A stretch of DNA of 60,713 nucleotides from Pyrodictium sp. (GTDB taxonomy: Archaea > Thermoproteota > Thermoprotei_A > Sulfolobales > Pyrodictiaceae). The DNA is taken from contig DQUB01000055.1 of NCBI GenBank assembly GCA_015662475.1, forward strand, positions 1 to 60,713, in the 5' to 3' direction. The position numbers were made by a program, and so were the translations under genes. Shown here piece after piece: positions 38,176-48,045 of the stretch; position 1 is the stretch's first letter, and every line of letters starts with the position of its first letter. The notes beneath the pieces were generated by a model. That model searched no databases and was not told the DNA's origin. It saw only the letters and a program-made list of their open reading frames with translations.

Positions 38176-39522
38176 TCAACAAGAGAATTTCATAAACTTC
38201 CAGCCTCGCAATCCTAGGATAACGCCGTTCTTTCTTAAAGCGTCAAGTTCTCTAGCTAGCTTCTCCTGTCTAAACCAATAGCCATGTACTTTCCCTGTAC
38301 CTAAATGTTTTCCTAAAAGCTTCAATACAAGTGGATGTATTTTGCCAGGAGGTGCATTCTCGAACGGTGTTCCTGGTAGAGGTAGGAATGTGTGAGCGTG
38401 TATACGCGCTCCTATAGAGATTAGTTTTTCGATCAACTTTACAGTTTCAAGTATGTCGTCAACATCTTCGCCTGGCAATCCAAATATGAAGTCTATATCA
38501 GGTGTAAAGCCATACTTTACAACTAGTTGGGCTGCGTTTACAATGTCATCTACAGTATGGGTACGATGGATGTAGCGTAGAAGCTTCTCACTTCCAGTTT
38601 GTGCGCCAATGATAATATTCTTGTTGGCAATTTTACCTTTAACAATCTTCAGTATTTCTTCGACTACGTATTCGGGTCTAACTTCGCTGGGGAACGAGCC
38701 TAGAAAGAATCTTCCACCATACTGTCTTGTGAGCCTGTATAGTCCTTCAACAAGCTCTTGTAGAGCTTCAATGTTTGGTTTACCAGGCCTACTTTCACCA
38801 TAAGCGAAGCTGTTAGGTGAAATAAACCTAATATCGCGTAAGCCATGTTCCAACATTATCTTGGTATAGTGCAATATTACATCAACTCTACGGTGTCTCT
38901 CGCAAGTGCCGTGCATGAACCATGTTTCACAGTACCTACATAGCCATGGACATCCACGGGTAATCTCGATAGGCGAGAAGAGCCTACGCCAATAGGGGAA
39001 GGGTGGATAAGCATTGAGGTCTACGAACTGTCTTCGTCTCCCGGTAAAACAAACATTGTTGTCAAGCTTAACAGCTAAACCTCTAACATCTAAAATAGAT
39101 TCGAGACTCCACTCTTGTTTGAGGATGTTGATAACTTCATTCAAACTATCCTCTGCTTCACCGATAAAAGCTACATCAAATCCTAGCCTAGCAATAGTGC
39201 CATAGGGGTCTCCGCTTGGGTGAGGACCGCCAGCAATAAGCAGCAGTTTTCCTCTTGAAGATCTTCTCAAAAATTGTAGTTTTTCGAAAAATTTTCTCTT
39301 GAGTAGCTCTGGTAGCATTGTTGTCATCAAGGTCATGCCGAGCAATACGCGATAATCCTTCTCTACAAGGTTTTGGACTAATTGTATGATTCTAGCTACA
39401 TCGTCAAGCTTTTCTATGAACAGACGTACGTCACTATTTCTATGTTCAACTGCTGCAGCCACAGCGCGTATGCTGTACCGAGTATCCTTAGACTCTAATA
39501 ACACTAGTGCTAGTTTTCCCAT
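38176..39522 (-). CDS. B12-binding-domain radical SAM protein (TIGR04013-like)
   Basis: GGPHPSG, EITRGCPWLCRYC, GSFPSEVRPE, H.F.PLPGTP. Confidence 0.9.
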   Translation of the reverse strand: MGKLALVLLESKDTRYSIRAVAAAVEHRNSDVRLFIEKLDDVARIIQLVQNLVEKDYRVLLGMTLMTTMLPELLKRKFFEKLQFLRRSSRGKLLLIAGGPHPSGDPYGTIARLGFDVAFIGEAEDSLNEVINILKQEWSLESILDVRGLAVKLDNNVCFTGRRRQFVDLNAYPPFPYWRRLFSPIEITRGCPWLCRYCETWFMHGTCERHRRVDVILHYTKIMLEHGLRDIRFISPNSFAYGESRPGKPNIEALQELVEGLYRLTRQYGGRFFLGSFPSEVRPEYVVEEILKIVKGKIANKNIIIGAQTGSEKLLRYIHRTHTVDDIVNAAQLVVKYGFTPDIDFIFGLPGEDVDDILETVKLIEKLISIGARIHAHTFLPLPGTPFENAPPGKIHPLVLKLLGKHLGTGKVHGYWFRQEKLARELDALRKNGVILGLRGWKFMKFSC

Positions 39523-39534
39523 GGAGATGCTGCC

Positions 39535-40593
39535 GTGGTACTACTTATGCAAGGTAAACAGCTAATAATTGTTGGTGCTGGCGTAGCTGGCACTATTGCA
39601 GCTCTTCTTACGAGGAGAAGACTAGGTGATGCTAGCGGAAAAATTGTGGTTTATGAGGCAAGTAAAAGGTATAGAAAACCTTGTGGCGAAGCAGTGCCAT
39701 CATGGATATTGAAAGTTGTTGAAGAACATGGCATATCTCTACCTAAGATACTCTATAGATTGCGGGTGCACGTCTTCGATGTAGCTGGGGTTTGCAAGCG
39801 AACTATCGAAGATGTTGAATGGGTAATAATAGACAAGAAATCGTGGATAGAAGAGTTGAGGAGAAGGATAGAAGATGTTATCGTTTATCAAGCAGTAAGT
39901 GTGGAAAGTGTAGCTAACAACACAAATAATATTGTTTTTGATGCTAGAGGGCCTTTCGTTGGAGATAAGGCATTATGGGTATGGCAATCCTATGCCGAGT
40001 GCAGCCATAGCGATAGTGCTATGCTGCGCGTCACGGTCAACCCTTTTGGGCTTGTATGGGTTTTTCCACGGGGTAAGTCTATTTGCAATATTGGAGGAGG
40101 ATTTGTAAATGTTAAGGAGCTGCATAAGCTTAGAGAAGTAGCTGTGAACGAAGTGAGAAGGATTATAGATGTAAAAACGTTTGTCTCTGAAAACTATTCT
40201 ATAATACGTGTTCCTCCATCGAACATAAGCGTATTCCGTAGTCCAAACATCGTAAGATTGGGTGAAGCAGCTGGACTAATTATGTCACTTGGCGGGGAAG
40301 GTATAAGAGCTGCACTATTGAGTGCAATAGCTGCTGCGTCAGCCACTAGTTTAGAGAATGAGACAATATGCTTTAACAAGCTGGTATATGTTTGGAAAAT
40401 CAAAAACTTGATACTTCAATCATGGTTGCAGAAGAAACTATTTGAAGTTATTAAATGGTTGACTGCAGAGAAAATATGCGAGCTCCTAAAAGCTGCTAAT
40501 GAGGATGTTCTGCGTATGTGGTTTGAAGGGCGCTTAGGATTATGGGAGGTCTTATTTGGTGTTCCGAAGATAGTGTTTATAGCCTTTAGCTAA
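39535..40593 (+). CDS. FAD-dependent oxidoreductase, geranylgeranyl reductase family
   Basis: GAGVAG, KPCG, DARG, WVFP, GEAAG....GGEGI. Confidence 0.85.
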   Translation: MVLLMQGKQLIIVGAGVAGTIAALLTRRRLGDASGKIVVYEASKRYRKPCGEAVPSWILKVVEEHGISLPKILYRLRVHVFDVAGVCKRTIEDVEWVIIDKKSWIEELRRRIEDVIVYQAVSVESVANNTNNIVFDARGPFVGDKALWVWQSYAECSHSDSAMLRVTVNPFGLVWVFPRGKSICNIGGGFVNVKELHKLREVAVNEVRRIIDVKTFVSENYSIIRVPPSNISVFRSPNIVRLGEAAGLIMSLGGEGIRAALLSAIAAASATSLENETICFNKLVYVWKIKNLILQSWLQKKLFEVIKWLTAEKICELLKAANEDVLRMWFEGRLGLWEVLFGVPKIVFIAFS

Positions 40594-41212
40594 GTTGCTT
40601 CTTTACAAAGTTTATGGTCGTCTTTACAACATCGTATATTGTGCCAGCGGATTCTGCAGTTAGTTTCCCACTCAATTTGTACTCCAAGACAAACAACTTT
40701 TTGTTCTTATCATAGACGACCTTTCCTTCAAAGTAGGGTTGATATGTCAGTTCTATCGCGTTATCCTTCTTCTTGACAGTTACTCCCACCTCTTCTAAAG
40801 CTTTAAGCACGTTGAGAGCAGCATCTATTCGTTCTTCCTCCTTAGTTGTTTTACCTCTTAGCTCCTCTATTCGTTCTTCGATAGCCTTTACAACTTCAGG
40901 GTATTCCTTATAAGCATTTTTGGCTGCCTCAAGTATTTCAATCAAAATGTTCATCGCATCAGCACCTTTAACAATACTTATAACTTCGTCAAAGTCCCTG
41001 CTACGTAGATAGTCTGCAAGTTTTGTTATATCGCCTCCATAGCTGCTAAACTTGTACTTGTCTTCAGCCCTACCAATACTCTTTCTAACATCGTCAATGA
41101 TCTGGCGGGGAAGTCTAACCGAGTATTTTGCTAGTATAGGGTTAACAATCTGCCTAAGGAAGTCTAGAGGTTTCCTTCCTTTAGACTGTGATGTTGAAAT
41201 AGCTATTGCCAT
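40586..41212 (-). CDS. Hypothetical protein
   Basis: 208-aa ORF, GGAGG SD before ATG 41212. Confidence 0.7.
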   Translation of the reverse strand: MAIAISTSQSKGRKPLDFLRQIVNPILAKYSVRLPRQIIDDVRKSIGRAEDKYKFSSYGGDITKLADYLRSRDFDEVISIVKGADAMNILIEILEAAKNAYKEYPEVVKAIEERIEELRGKTTKEEERIDAALNVLKALEEVGVTVKKKDNAIELTYQPYFEGKVVYDKNKKLFVLEYKLSGKLTAESAGTIYDVVKTTINFVKKQLS

Positions 41213-41295
41213 GAGATGTTCGCCCTCCTCTATCACTCTCGAAGGTATAAGGATAAGGTTATCCTTTATACGTTTGGTTGGTAGGGGGATAGTAG

Positions 41296-41595
41296 GTGGA
41301 TATTTTCAAGTTCGAATCAACTATAGTACACGAGAATGTTGTTTATGTGGAGCTTGCTAGAGGAGAAGGTGTTAATGGTGGTGATGCATTAGTAGTTGGT
41401 GTGCAGATTTTCAAACCGCCTCCTCACATGCAGGGGCATGGTTTTAGAGATTTTGGTGTGCGTATAAACAAGTATAGGTTTTCAATGCATGTGGAATCTC
41501 TCAACATAGTTGGTACAAGTGAGGTTGTTGAATCGAAGCTTGGTAGCAAGATACGCTATTCGTTTCCAAGGCGGTTAAAGCGCTCATTAAGATAA
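41296..41595 (+). CDS. Hypothetical protein, possibly frameshifted near its 3' end
   Basis: 99-aa ORF; another frame continues to TAG at about 41639. Confidence 0.5.
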   Translation: MDIFKFESTIVHENVVYVELARGEGVNGGDALVVGVQIFKPPPHMQGHGFRDFGVRINKYRFSMHVESLNIVGTSEVVESKLGSKIRYSFPRRLKRSLR

Positions 41596-41718
41596 GATAT
41601 AGTCTAAATGGTATCTCGATAACTGTGCTTGTTAAGTAGACTTTGACGGATTTCGTAATATGTACAAAGCAGTTAAGCATGTGAGTATTTTTGACAGTAT
41701 AAGCTGGTGTGAAAAGCC

Positions 41719-42222
41719 TTGGAGTCAGCCAAGTCAAAATTAATATTCAAGGTGGTGCAAATACCAGTACCTGAAGGTACGAGTATAATTATTGGTCAAG
41801 CACACTTTATCAAGGCGGTAGAGGACCTATATGAAGTACTTGTAAGCTCTGTTCCAGGTATAAAGTTTGGACTTGCTTTCTGTGAGGCAAGTGGGAAACG
41901 GCTAGTAAGGCATGAGGGTAATGATGAAGAGCTTAAAAAGCTTGCAATTGAAACGGCGTTGAAGATAGGTGCTGGGCATAGCTTTGTGATATACTTACGT
42001 GATGCATGGCCTATGAACGTCCTTAACGCAATTAAACAAGTTCAAGAAGTTATAACAATATATGCTGCAACATCCAATCCACTACAAGTAATTGTTGCCG
42101 AGACAGAGCAAGGTAGAGCGATAGTAGGCGTAGTTGATGGTTTCACACCCATAGGTGTTGAAGGCGATGAAGATATTGCTGAAAGAAGGTTGTTTTTGAG
42201 GAAGATAGGCTATAAGAAGTGA
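41719..42222 (+). CDS. DUF355 / adenosine-specific kinase family protein
   Basis: GQAHFIK.VED, FCEASG.RL.R..GND, IGAGH, GVVDG. Confidence 0.9.
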   Translation: MESAKSKLIFKVVQIPVPEGTSIIIGQAHFIKAVEDLYEVLVSSVPGIKFGLAFCEASGKRLVRHEGNDEELKKLAIETALKIGAGHSFVIYLRDAWPMNVLNAIKQVQEVITIYAATSNPLQVIVAETEQGRAIVGVVDGFTPIGVEGDEDIAERRLFLRKIGYKK

Positions 42223-42223
42223 G

Positions 42224-42293
42224 AGGGGCTCACGCCCGGCTGAATCCTCATACCCAGTATCGGCCCCGCCCTAGGGATTTCTTCATAGCCCCT
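42224..42293 (-). ncRNA. Box C/D guide sRNA
   Basis: AGGGGC/GCCCCT stem; C ATGAAGA - AATCCCTAGGGCGGGG - D' CCGA - C' ATGAGGA - TTCAGCCGGGC - D GTGA. Confidence 0.78.
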
Positions 42294-42296
42294 ACT

Positions 42297-43484
42297 CTAA
42301 GAGTTTAGCAACACTCTATTAGCTTCTTCTATCCGCCTAAACGCTTCTTTGATAACATTTGTATGAACGGCTAGACTGAGTCTGAGAGCTTGTTTTCCAT
42401 AGGCTTTTGAGAATATGGTACCAGGTGTTAAAGCTATGTGGGCCTTTCTGAGTAGATAATCAGCATATTCGTTTGAATTGTCGACTTTATCTAAAACCTC
42501 TCTTGAAAGTGTTATGAAGGCAAACATTCCACCTTCAAGTCGAACTGGTTTTAAGCCGAGTGTTTGTCTTGAAAGTTCTTCGACCAAGTTTTTCCGCTCG
42601 TGAAATATTGTGAGTATCATTCTGCGAACATCATCGTATATTTCAACAGCTTTAATTGCAGCTATCTGTACGAAACTTGTTGGCGAGGTATATATGTTTG
42701 CAGCTAGCGACTTAAGTAGTGATACAAGTTTAGAGTTAGCGATGAGGTAGCCGAGTCTCCAACCTGTCATTGCAAATGTTTTTGAGAAAGAGTTTACGTA
42801 GATGCCAACGTCCTCCCAACCACTTACATGTAGAATGCTAATGTGCTTCCCGTCAAACACATAGTCGGCGTAAACCTCATCACTAACAACTAGCACATTG
42901 TATTTCTTTGCCCTGTCAATAATTTCTTCAAATTCACTTAACCTGATCTTTAGTGCTGCAGGATTGTGAGGTGTGTTAACTATTGCAAGACATGTTTGCT
43001 CGTCTATCTTTTCAACGAAGTCGCCAACATCAAGTTTAAAACCGCCATCTGATGTTACAGCCAACTTTGAAAGTCTTATTTGAAGACCAAACATCCTAGC
43101 TAAATTAACATACTGGTAGTAGTATGGGTCTGTAGTAACTATATTTCGGCATTTTCTAGATAGTGTGGCGAGTAGAAATGCGAGGAATATAGCCGCTTTA
43201 GCACCAGGTGTGACTAGAACTTGTGAGGCATCTACTGTCACACCGAGACGTTTTTCTTCAAGTTGTACAATAGCTTTACGAAGCTCCTCATAACCTTGTG
43301 CTGGTGCGTATCCTGTATAACCTTTTTTCAGTGCATCGTTAAGTGCATCGATGATAGGTTGTGGTGTTTTGAAGTCTGGCTCGCCAAGCGTTAAATCGAT
43401 GAAATCTCTATAGATCTTCTTATACTGTTTCACTTTGGCTGCATATGTAACTGTTGATTCTAGTTTTAAGTCTGGCACTACCAT
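42297..43484 (-). CDS. PLP-dependent class I/II aminotransferase (aspartate aminotransferase-like)
   Basis: GEPDF, P.NP, SDEVY, SFSKTFAMTGWRLG; start moved to ATG 43484 to avoid the divergent gene. Confidence 0.92.
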   Translation of the reverse strand: MVVPDLKLESTVTYAAKVKQYKKIYRDFIDLTLGEPDFKTPQPIIDALNDALKKGYTGYAPAQGYEELRKAIVQLEEKRLGVTVDASQVLVTPGAKAAIFLAFLLATLSRKCRNIVTTDPYYYQYVNLARMFGLQIRLSKLAVTSDGGFKLDVGDFVEKIDEQTCLAIVNTPHNPAALKIRLSEFEEIIDRAKKYNVLVVSDEVYADYVFDGKHISILHVSGWEDVGIYVNSFSKTFAMTGWRLGYLIANSKLVSLLKSLAANIYTSPTSFVQIAAIKAVEIYDDVRRMILTIFHERKNLVEELSRQTLGLKPVRLEGGMFAFITLSREVLDKVDNSNEYADYLLRKAHIALTPGTIFSKAYGKQALRLSLAVHTNVIKEAFRRIEEANRVLLNS

Positions 43485-43536
43485 TGGCTCTACCGTGCAC
43501 TCTAAAAATATTTGAGAACTTTGGTTTTTAAAATAT

Positions 43537-44067
43537 GTGGGTATGAGTACAATGAAAGCGGTATTAGTGCTATATAAAGCACGTACTTTAAGGCTTCCAG
43601 GTATCGAGATAGACGTTCTTGAAAAGATCAGTGAAAAAGACATCAATAGTATCAGTGTAGACCAAATCGATAAAGCCTATGATAGGTTGATGGAGGTTGC
43701 AGAACGTGTGCTTGCAGAGGTTCGTGGTAAGAAAACCTACTATGTTGCAGAAGTAAGACTGTATAATGACAAGGGAGAAGAAATAGCTGTGTATAGCGAG
43801 GCAATGGGCTCCAAATCTGAAGCAATTAGACTGTTTCCAGCTCCAGCAAGGCTTAAGAGAATTGGTGTAGTGAAAAAGCAAGTTGTAAAGCAGAGTAAGT
43901 TTAGCCATGCACTTGTCAACTGGATAACGATGAAGGAGGATGTTTACGTGTATGAAGGCACTGTAAAAATGGATGAAAGTATCGAGTTTTTGATTCTAGA
44001 GACTGAGAAGGGCACAACGATAATATACAGACAACCAGTACAAATCACAATTGTGAGAAGTGGTTGA
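43537..44067 (+). CDS. Hypothetical protein
   Basis: 176-aa ORF with ordinary composition. Confidence 0.7.
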   Translation: MGMSTMKAVLVLYKARTLRLPGIEIDVLEKISEKDINSISVDQIDKAYDRLMEVAERVLAEVRGKKTYYVAEVRLYNDKGEEIAVYSEAMGSKSEAIRLFPAPARLKRIGVVKKQVVKQSKFSHALVNWITMKEDVYVYEGTVKMDESIEFLILETEKGTTIIYRQPVQITIVRSG

Positions 44068-44087
44068 GTGTATGTTGGCTATTCGAA

Positions 44088-44151
44088 GGTGGTGATGAAA
44101 GACTCCAATAACGAAATAGTCTTGATGTGTGGGCTCCACCCCTTCTGAACC
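44088..44151 (+). ncRNA. Box C/D dual-guide sRNA targeting adjacent 16S rRNA sites
   Basis: GGT/ACC stem; C GTGATGA - AAGACTCCAATA - D' ACGA - C' TTGATGT - GTGGGCTCCACCCCTT - D CTGA. Confidence 0.9.
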
Positions 44152-44156
44152 GCATA

Positions 44157-44486
44157 TTAACTGTTAAGCTTGTTTTTCATCACCCAAACACGATGTTCAA
44201 GCTCTGAAAGCACTAGCTCTTCTATCTGGCGCGCATGGACTCTTTTTAGATGTAAGTAGAGACCCTTTCTAGTGAATGGTCCACGACCGCATAAGCCGCA
44301 TCGAATAACACCTTCATCTTCTTCAACAATGGTTTTAGTGAGTTCGTCAATAAGACTGGTTAAGATGGCAGCTATGCTTTCAGATGCCACATACTCTCTA
44401 ACGTCGTATTTAAGTCCTGCAGCAGCTCTTGCAACAAGCTCTACTATACGTGGTAACATATTTGAAAATGGGCGATGTTGGTTCAA
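44157..44486 (-). CDS. C2H2 zinc-finger protein
   Basis: CGLCG.GPFT.KGLYLHL.RVH. Confidence 0.85.
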   Translation of the reverse strand: MNQHRPFSNMLPRIVELVARAAAGLKYDVREYVASESIAAILTSLIDELTKTIVEEDEGVIRCGLCGRGPFTRKGLYLHLKRVHARQIEELVLSELEHRVWVMKNKLNS

Positions 44487-44974
44487 GATGCAGTAACCTC
44501 CGGAGGAGGCGTTGTTAGTAGCAATGCAGCTAAGTATGCTTTCTCGGTACAGGAGAGATCATTTGGCTCCTCCTCTACTAGCAGTGCTAGAGACGTGTCA
44601 AGACTGTACTCTACGACATTTGTACATGTTTCACCCTTTGCAGCTGCTATGATGCTGTATACTATTGTTTTAGCAATCTCTTCACCAAACTCATTAACTA
44701 TGGTTGGAAGCCATCGTTTCTGCCTATATAGATACTTGAAGATCTTTTCAGAGTACTTATAGTTTACTGCTTTAAGAAACATTGCTGCTTTCTCTTCGAA
44801 CAAAGCTCTTGCTTCCACAGAGTCAATGCCAAGTGCATCTAGAAGACCATATATTGATGCAGCATAGACAAGCTCTTCTACCACCATTTCTAGCTCTGCA
44901 TCTACTTGTGCATCAAGTGTAGGTGAGGGGTGTGAAACCCATGTACCTTCTACAGTGTGTGTAGTAGCCAACAT
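44483..44974 (-). CDS. Hypothetical protein
   Basis: 163-aa ORF with 4-bp overlap onto the zinc-finger gene. Confidence 0.65.
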   Translation of the reverse strand: MLATTHTVEGTWVSHPSPTLDAQVDAELEMVVEELVYAASIYGLLDALGIDSVEARALFEEKAAMFLKAVNYKYSEKIFKYLYRQKRWLPTIVNEFGEEIAKTIVYSIIAAAKGETCTNVVEYSLDTSLALLVEEEPNDLSCTEKAYLAALLLTTPPPEVTAS

Positions 44975-45029
44975 TTACCCCCATCTTCGACTGACTAGCC
45001 TCTGACTTGTACGCACGCACCCCCGATAA

Positions 45030-45090
45030 TACTCAGCTGGACTAGGACCTTTCATCGGCAACCTCATTCCCGGATACACTCATCATCTCC
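45030..45090 (-). ncRNA. Box C/D guide sRNA; D guide possibly targets a tRNA D-arm
   Basis: C ATGATGA - GTGTATCCGGGA - D' ATGA - C' CCGATGA - AAGGTCCTAGTCCAG - D CTGA. Confidence 0.8.
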
Positions 45091-45173
45091 TACAACCCCT
45101 CAAGTAAGTCTAGTCTTACGGGACGGAATTACATATATCAACCCAGCTATAGTAGCATAGTAAGACTTGGGGT

Positions 45174-45536
45174 ATGCGGGTAGCCTTGAGACACACTTAT
45201 AGTGGTGCTGGAGTACAGCTTCTGCTCGATGATGTTGGTGAATCCACTAGGTATACCGGCACTGTATTTATCCTATTCTACTCAAAACGCTGTCCAATGT
45301 GTAGAGATGTTGTAAGTTGGTGGCATAGGCTAGTTCGCAACTATAAGGGTCAAGCTGTATTTCTAGCTCTACCCTACAACAAGGATACAAGGAGATTGTT
45401 TGATGGATTTGCAATAAGTTATGTGCCTGCTCTCATTGTTATAAAAGATGGTGTTATTGTGAAGCGTATTGAACCTGTAAGATCGAGAAAAGACTTAGAG
45501 ATGGCTATAATCGAAAATCTAATATTAGTACCTTAA
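45174..45536 (+). CDS. Thioredoxin-family protein
   Basis: FYS..CPMC, VPAL...KDG. Confidence 0.8.
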   Translation: MRVALRHTYSGAGVQLLLDDVGESTRYTGTVFILFYSKRCPMCRDVVSWWHRLVRNYKGQAVFLALPYNKDTRRLFDGFAISYVPALIVIKDGVIVKRIEPVRSRKDLEMAIIENLILVP

Positions 45537-45560
45537 GGCAAACCTGTTGGAAGATTAGAT

Positions 45561-46307
45561 ATGACACTTCCCTTCTGTATCCGATGCGGCAAACCGGTTT
45601 CTAGAGCTGGACATCTCGTTAAAGGACTTTGTATAGACTGTTTTCTTGAAATACATGTTAGGCCGAAAATCCCTAGAAAACTTGAATTTGAGTACTGCAA
45701 ATCTTGTGGTAGTATACGTATTGGGTATCAGTGGGTTCCTGGAGGAGATATTGGAGAAGCTATTTTGAAGTTTGTTAGGGAATGGTTCAAGTTGCATCCT
45801 ATATGTAGTGGTATTGATGGAGTAAAAAGTTGTGAGGTTGTAGATGTTAAGCCTGTAACAGTGCCTTCGTGGAGAACCGTTGTCGATTTTGTAGTCGAAT
45901 TTCTTATTGAAGGTGTAGAAGAGCCTGTCAAGCATAGCTATAATGTCGAAGTGTACGCAAGACCAACTCTATGTGAACAGTGCAAAACTATTAGAGGCGG
46001 TGACTATAATGTGCTTGTGCAAATACGTGGAAAAATTGATGAGGAACTAGCTCGTATTGTCGATAGAATTGTGGAAGAAAATGAGCAGATAGCATCAAAC
46101 CTTGTTGACATTGTTGAAGATAAAAATGGTATTGATGTATTTCTTCTTGACCGTGGAGCTGCATCTAAGCTCATTTCCGAAATAACGAAATACTATGAAG
46201 CTAGTATTCGTAAAACTCGCGAGCTTGTTGGTGTAACATCTAGTGGGGTCACTCGATACCGAATGGTGTATTCTTTGCGCATTAGAGGTCCACGTAGGAA
46301 ACGATGA
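45561..46307 (+). CDS. NMD3-family ribosome biogenesis protein
   Basis: CIRCG...LCIDC, CKSCG, CEQC...GG.Y..LVQIRG, GIDV. Confidence 0.88.
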   Translation: MTLPFCIRCGKPVSRAGHLVKGLCIDCFLEIHVRPKIPRKLEFEYCKSCGSIRIGYQWVPGGDIGEAILKFVREWFKLHPICSGIDGVKSCEVVDVKPVTVPSWRTVVDFVVEFLIEGVEEPVKHSYNVEVYARPTLCEQCKTIRGGDYNVLVQIRGKIDEELARIVDRIVEENEQIASNLVDIVEDKNGIDVFLLDRGAASKLISEITKYYEASIRKTRELVGVTSSGVTRYRMVYSLRIRGPRRKR

Positions 46308-46396
46308 GGTATACCTGCAAAATAAAGTGGTTACCCCATATAACCCCGTGACAAGGGGGCTAGTGGCCAGAAGGAGGAGAGTGTAGGGTTCGAGCC

Positions 46397-46837
46397 TTGA
46401 CGAAACACAAATCAACAAGAGTAGAGGTGGACGATTACATAGTTGGAAAACACGTATTTGCTAATCTATATGGTGTTGATAGTAAACTATTATGGGACGA
46501 GGAAAGACTAGTAGAGATAGTTAAAAATGCTTCGAAAGAAGGTGGAATGACACTTGTAGAAGTTAAAAGCTGGAAATTCACAGGATATCATGGAGGTGTC
46601 TCAGTACTAGCACTTGTTGTCGAGAGTCACATAGCAATTCATACATGGCCAGACTACGGTTATGCTACAGTTGATGTTTACACTTGTGGAGCCCATAGTG
46701 ATCCTTGGAAGGCATTCAACTATATTGTTGAGAAGCTAAAGCCAAAATACTACATTGTAGGATATGCTGATAGAAGCAGTATATATATTAGAAAGGGTGG
46801 AGGGCGAGCCTCGGACGCCGTGGCATCCACATCCTAG
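46397..46837 (+). CDS. Pyruvoyl-dependent AdoMetDC-family decarboxylase, most like crenarchaeal arginine decarboxylase
   Basis: ESHIAIHTW cleavage site; GKHVF.NLY, GGVSV and YTCG resemble the arginine decarboxylase paralogue as recalled. Confidence 0.85.
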   Translation: MTKHKSTRVEVDDYIVGKHVFANLYGVDSKLLWDEERLVEIVKNASKEGGMTLVEVKSWKFTGYHGGVSVLALVVESHIAIHTWPDYGYATVDVYTCGAHSDPWKAFNYIVEKLKPKYYIVGYADRSSIYIRKGGGRASDAVASTS

Positions 46838-46867
46838 GTTTCGGCTTAAACACGGTTCCTCATGGGC
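46808..46867 (-). ncRNA. Box C/D guide sRNA overlapping the decarboxylase 3' end in antisense
   Basis: GCC/GGC stem; C ATGAGGA - ACCGTGTTTAAG - D' CCGA - C' AGGATGT - GGATGCCACGGCGT - D CCGA. Confidence 0.7.
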
Positions 46868-46904
46868 ACTAGACACACTATAGGTTGTTTGAACGCGCTC
46901 TGCT

Positions 46905-47126
46905 TTAGAGATTTACTCGTTTAGAAAATTCGAATACTGTGAGTGAGACTACGCGCCCATTCTTAATTCTGACAACTATGTTATCCTCTGTGAGAAACTC
47001 TTCATCAGCATCTTCTACGTCTAAGCCAAAGTTTATGTATAGGATGTCATTTTGTTTATCATATTCAAACCATATGCGGTCTATGCTAGCTAGCTTGTAT
47101 TCTTTTACCTCCTTTTCTCCCGACAT
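46905..47126 (-). CDS. DUF2283 family small protein
   Basis: EYD...DILYI.F pattern; GGAGGG SD. Confidence 0.8.
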   Translation of the reverse strand: MSGEKEVKEYKLASIDRIWFEYDKQNDILYINFGLDVEDADEEFLTEDNIVVRIKNGRVVSLTVFEFSKRVNL

Positions 47127-47186
47127 ACCCTCCTACCCATGACAAATAATGCGAAAAGGACAATTAGTAGTATATATGCTGTTATT

Positions 47187-48026
47187 TCAGGTGGACTTTC
47201 CAACTTTTTCGCTCATGGCTTTTAAAAGATCGCGTGTAGTAATTATCATTTTCTCTTCTCCATCTGTTCGACTAGTCAGCACTACAGCACGTTCTGGGAG
47301 CAGTGTAACAAGTTCTGCGATAGTGCCAAGTTCTATGTCTGCTGGTAGTATTGTAGCTGGTCTTGTATACTTCTCTAGTTTCTCTAGTAGTGTTCCTTCT
47401 AATGGTCTTCGTACTATGGCTAGTAGCAAGTTATTGATATCAATTATATCTGTTGAGCGACTTCTTTCCAGTAGTACATGTCTTATTCTTTCTTCAACCA
47501 TGATGGCAAGTGCGTCAAGTAGGGTTGGTTTATCGTCTATAGAGAGTGTTAGAGGGTCTGCTGTGGCATACCTTTTTGCAGGTCTTATATCGCCGATGAG
47601 GTGTATGGCAAGCATGGTCTCCTCGTAGCAATTGATAAGTTTTCCTGTGTTATCGACTACTGGTAGTAAACCGATTCTATTCAAATACATTAGTTTAGCT
47701 GCTTCCGCTATGCTTACAAACCTTGTAAGTGCTATGGCAGGTTTTCTAGCAATTCTACCCACAGGTATTGAAAGCCACTTTCTCAGAACCCTTTCCTCCA
47801 AAAAACCTTCATTCTCATGTATTTCGAGAAGTTTTGCAGCGATATCGCGTGGTGATAATACGCCATGTACGGTTAAATTTTTGTCAACAACTACTAGGTG
47901 GTAAACTGCTTCTAAAGCGAGAAGTCTAATAGCTTTGCCTAGAGTAGCACTAACGTCTATATGTGGACAGAATATCGTCGACCCCTCCTTAATAGTGTAG
48001 AGAATGAGTACTAAATACTTGTGCAA
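47187..48026 (-). CDS. CBS-domain protein (start uncertain; TTG 48026 used)
   Basis: LVVVD..GVLS..DI, IG.LPVVD..GKL, IIT.RDLL repeats. Confidence 0.8.
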   Translation of the reverse strand: MHKYLVLILYTIKEGSTIFCPHIDVSATLGKAIRLLALEAVYHLVVVDKNLTVHGVLSPRDIAAKLLEIHENEGFLEERVLRKWLSIPVGRIARKPAIALTRFVSIAEAAKLMYLNRIGLLPVVDNTGKLINCYEETMLAIHLIGDIRPAKRYATADPLTLSIDDKPTLLDALAIMVEERIRHVLLERSRSTDIIDINNLLLAIVRRPLEGTLLEKLEKYTRPATILPADIELGTIAELVTLLPERAVVLTSRTDGEEKMIITTRDLLKAMSEKVGKST

Positions 48027-48045
48027 AGCTGAGAAGAGAGGGGGT

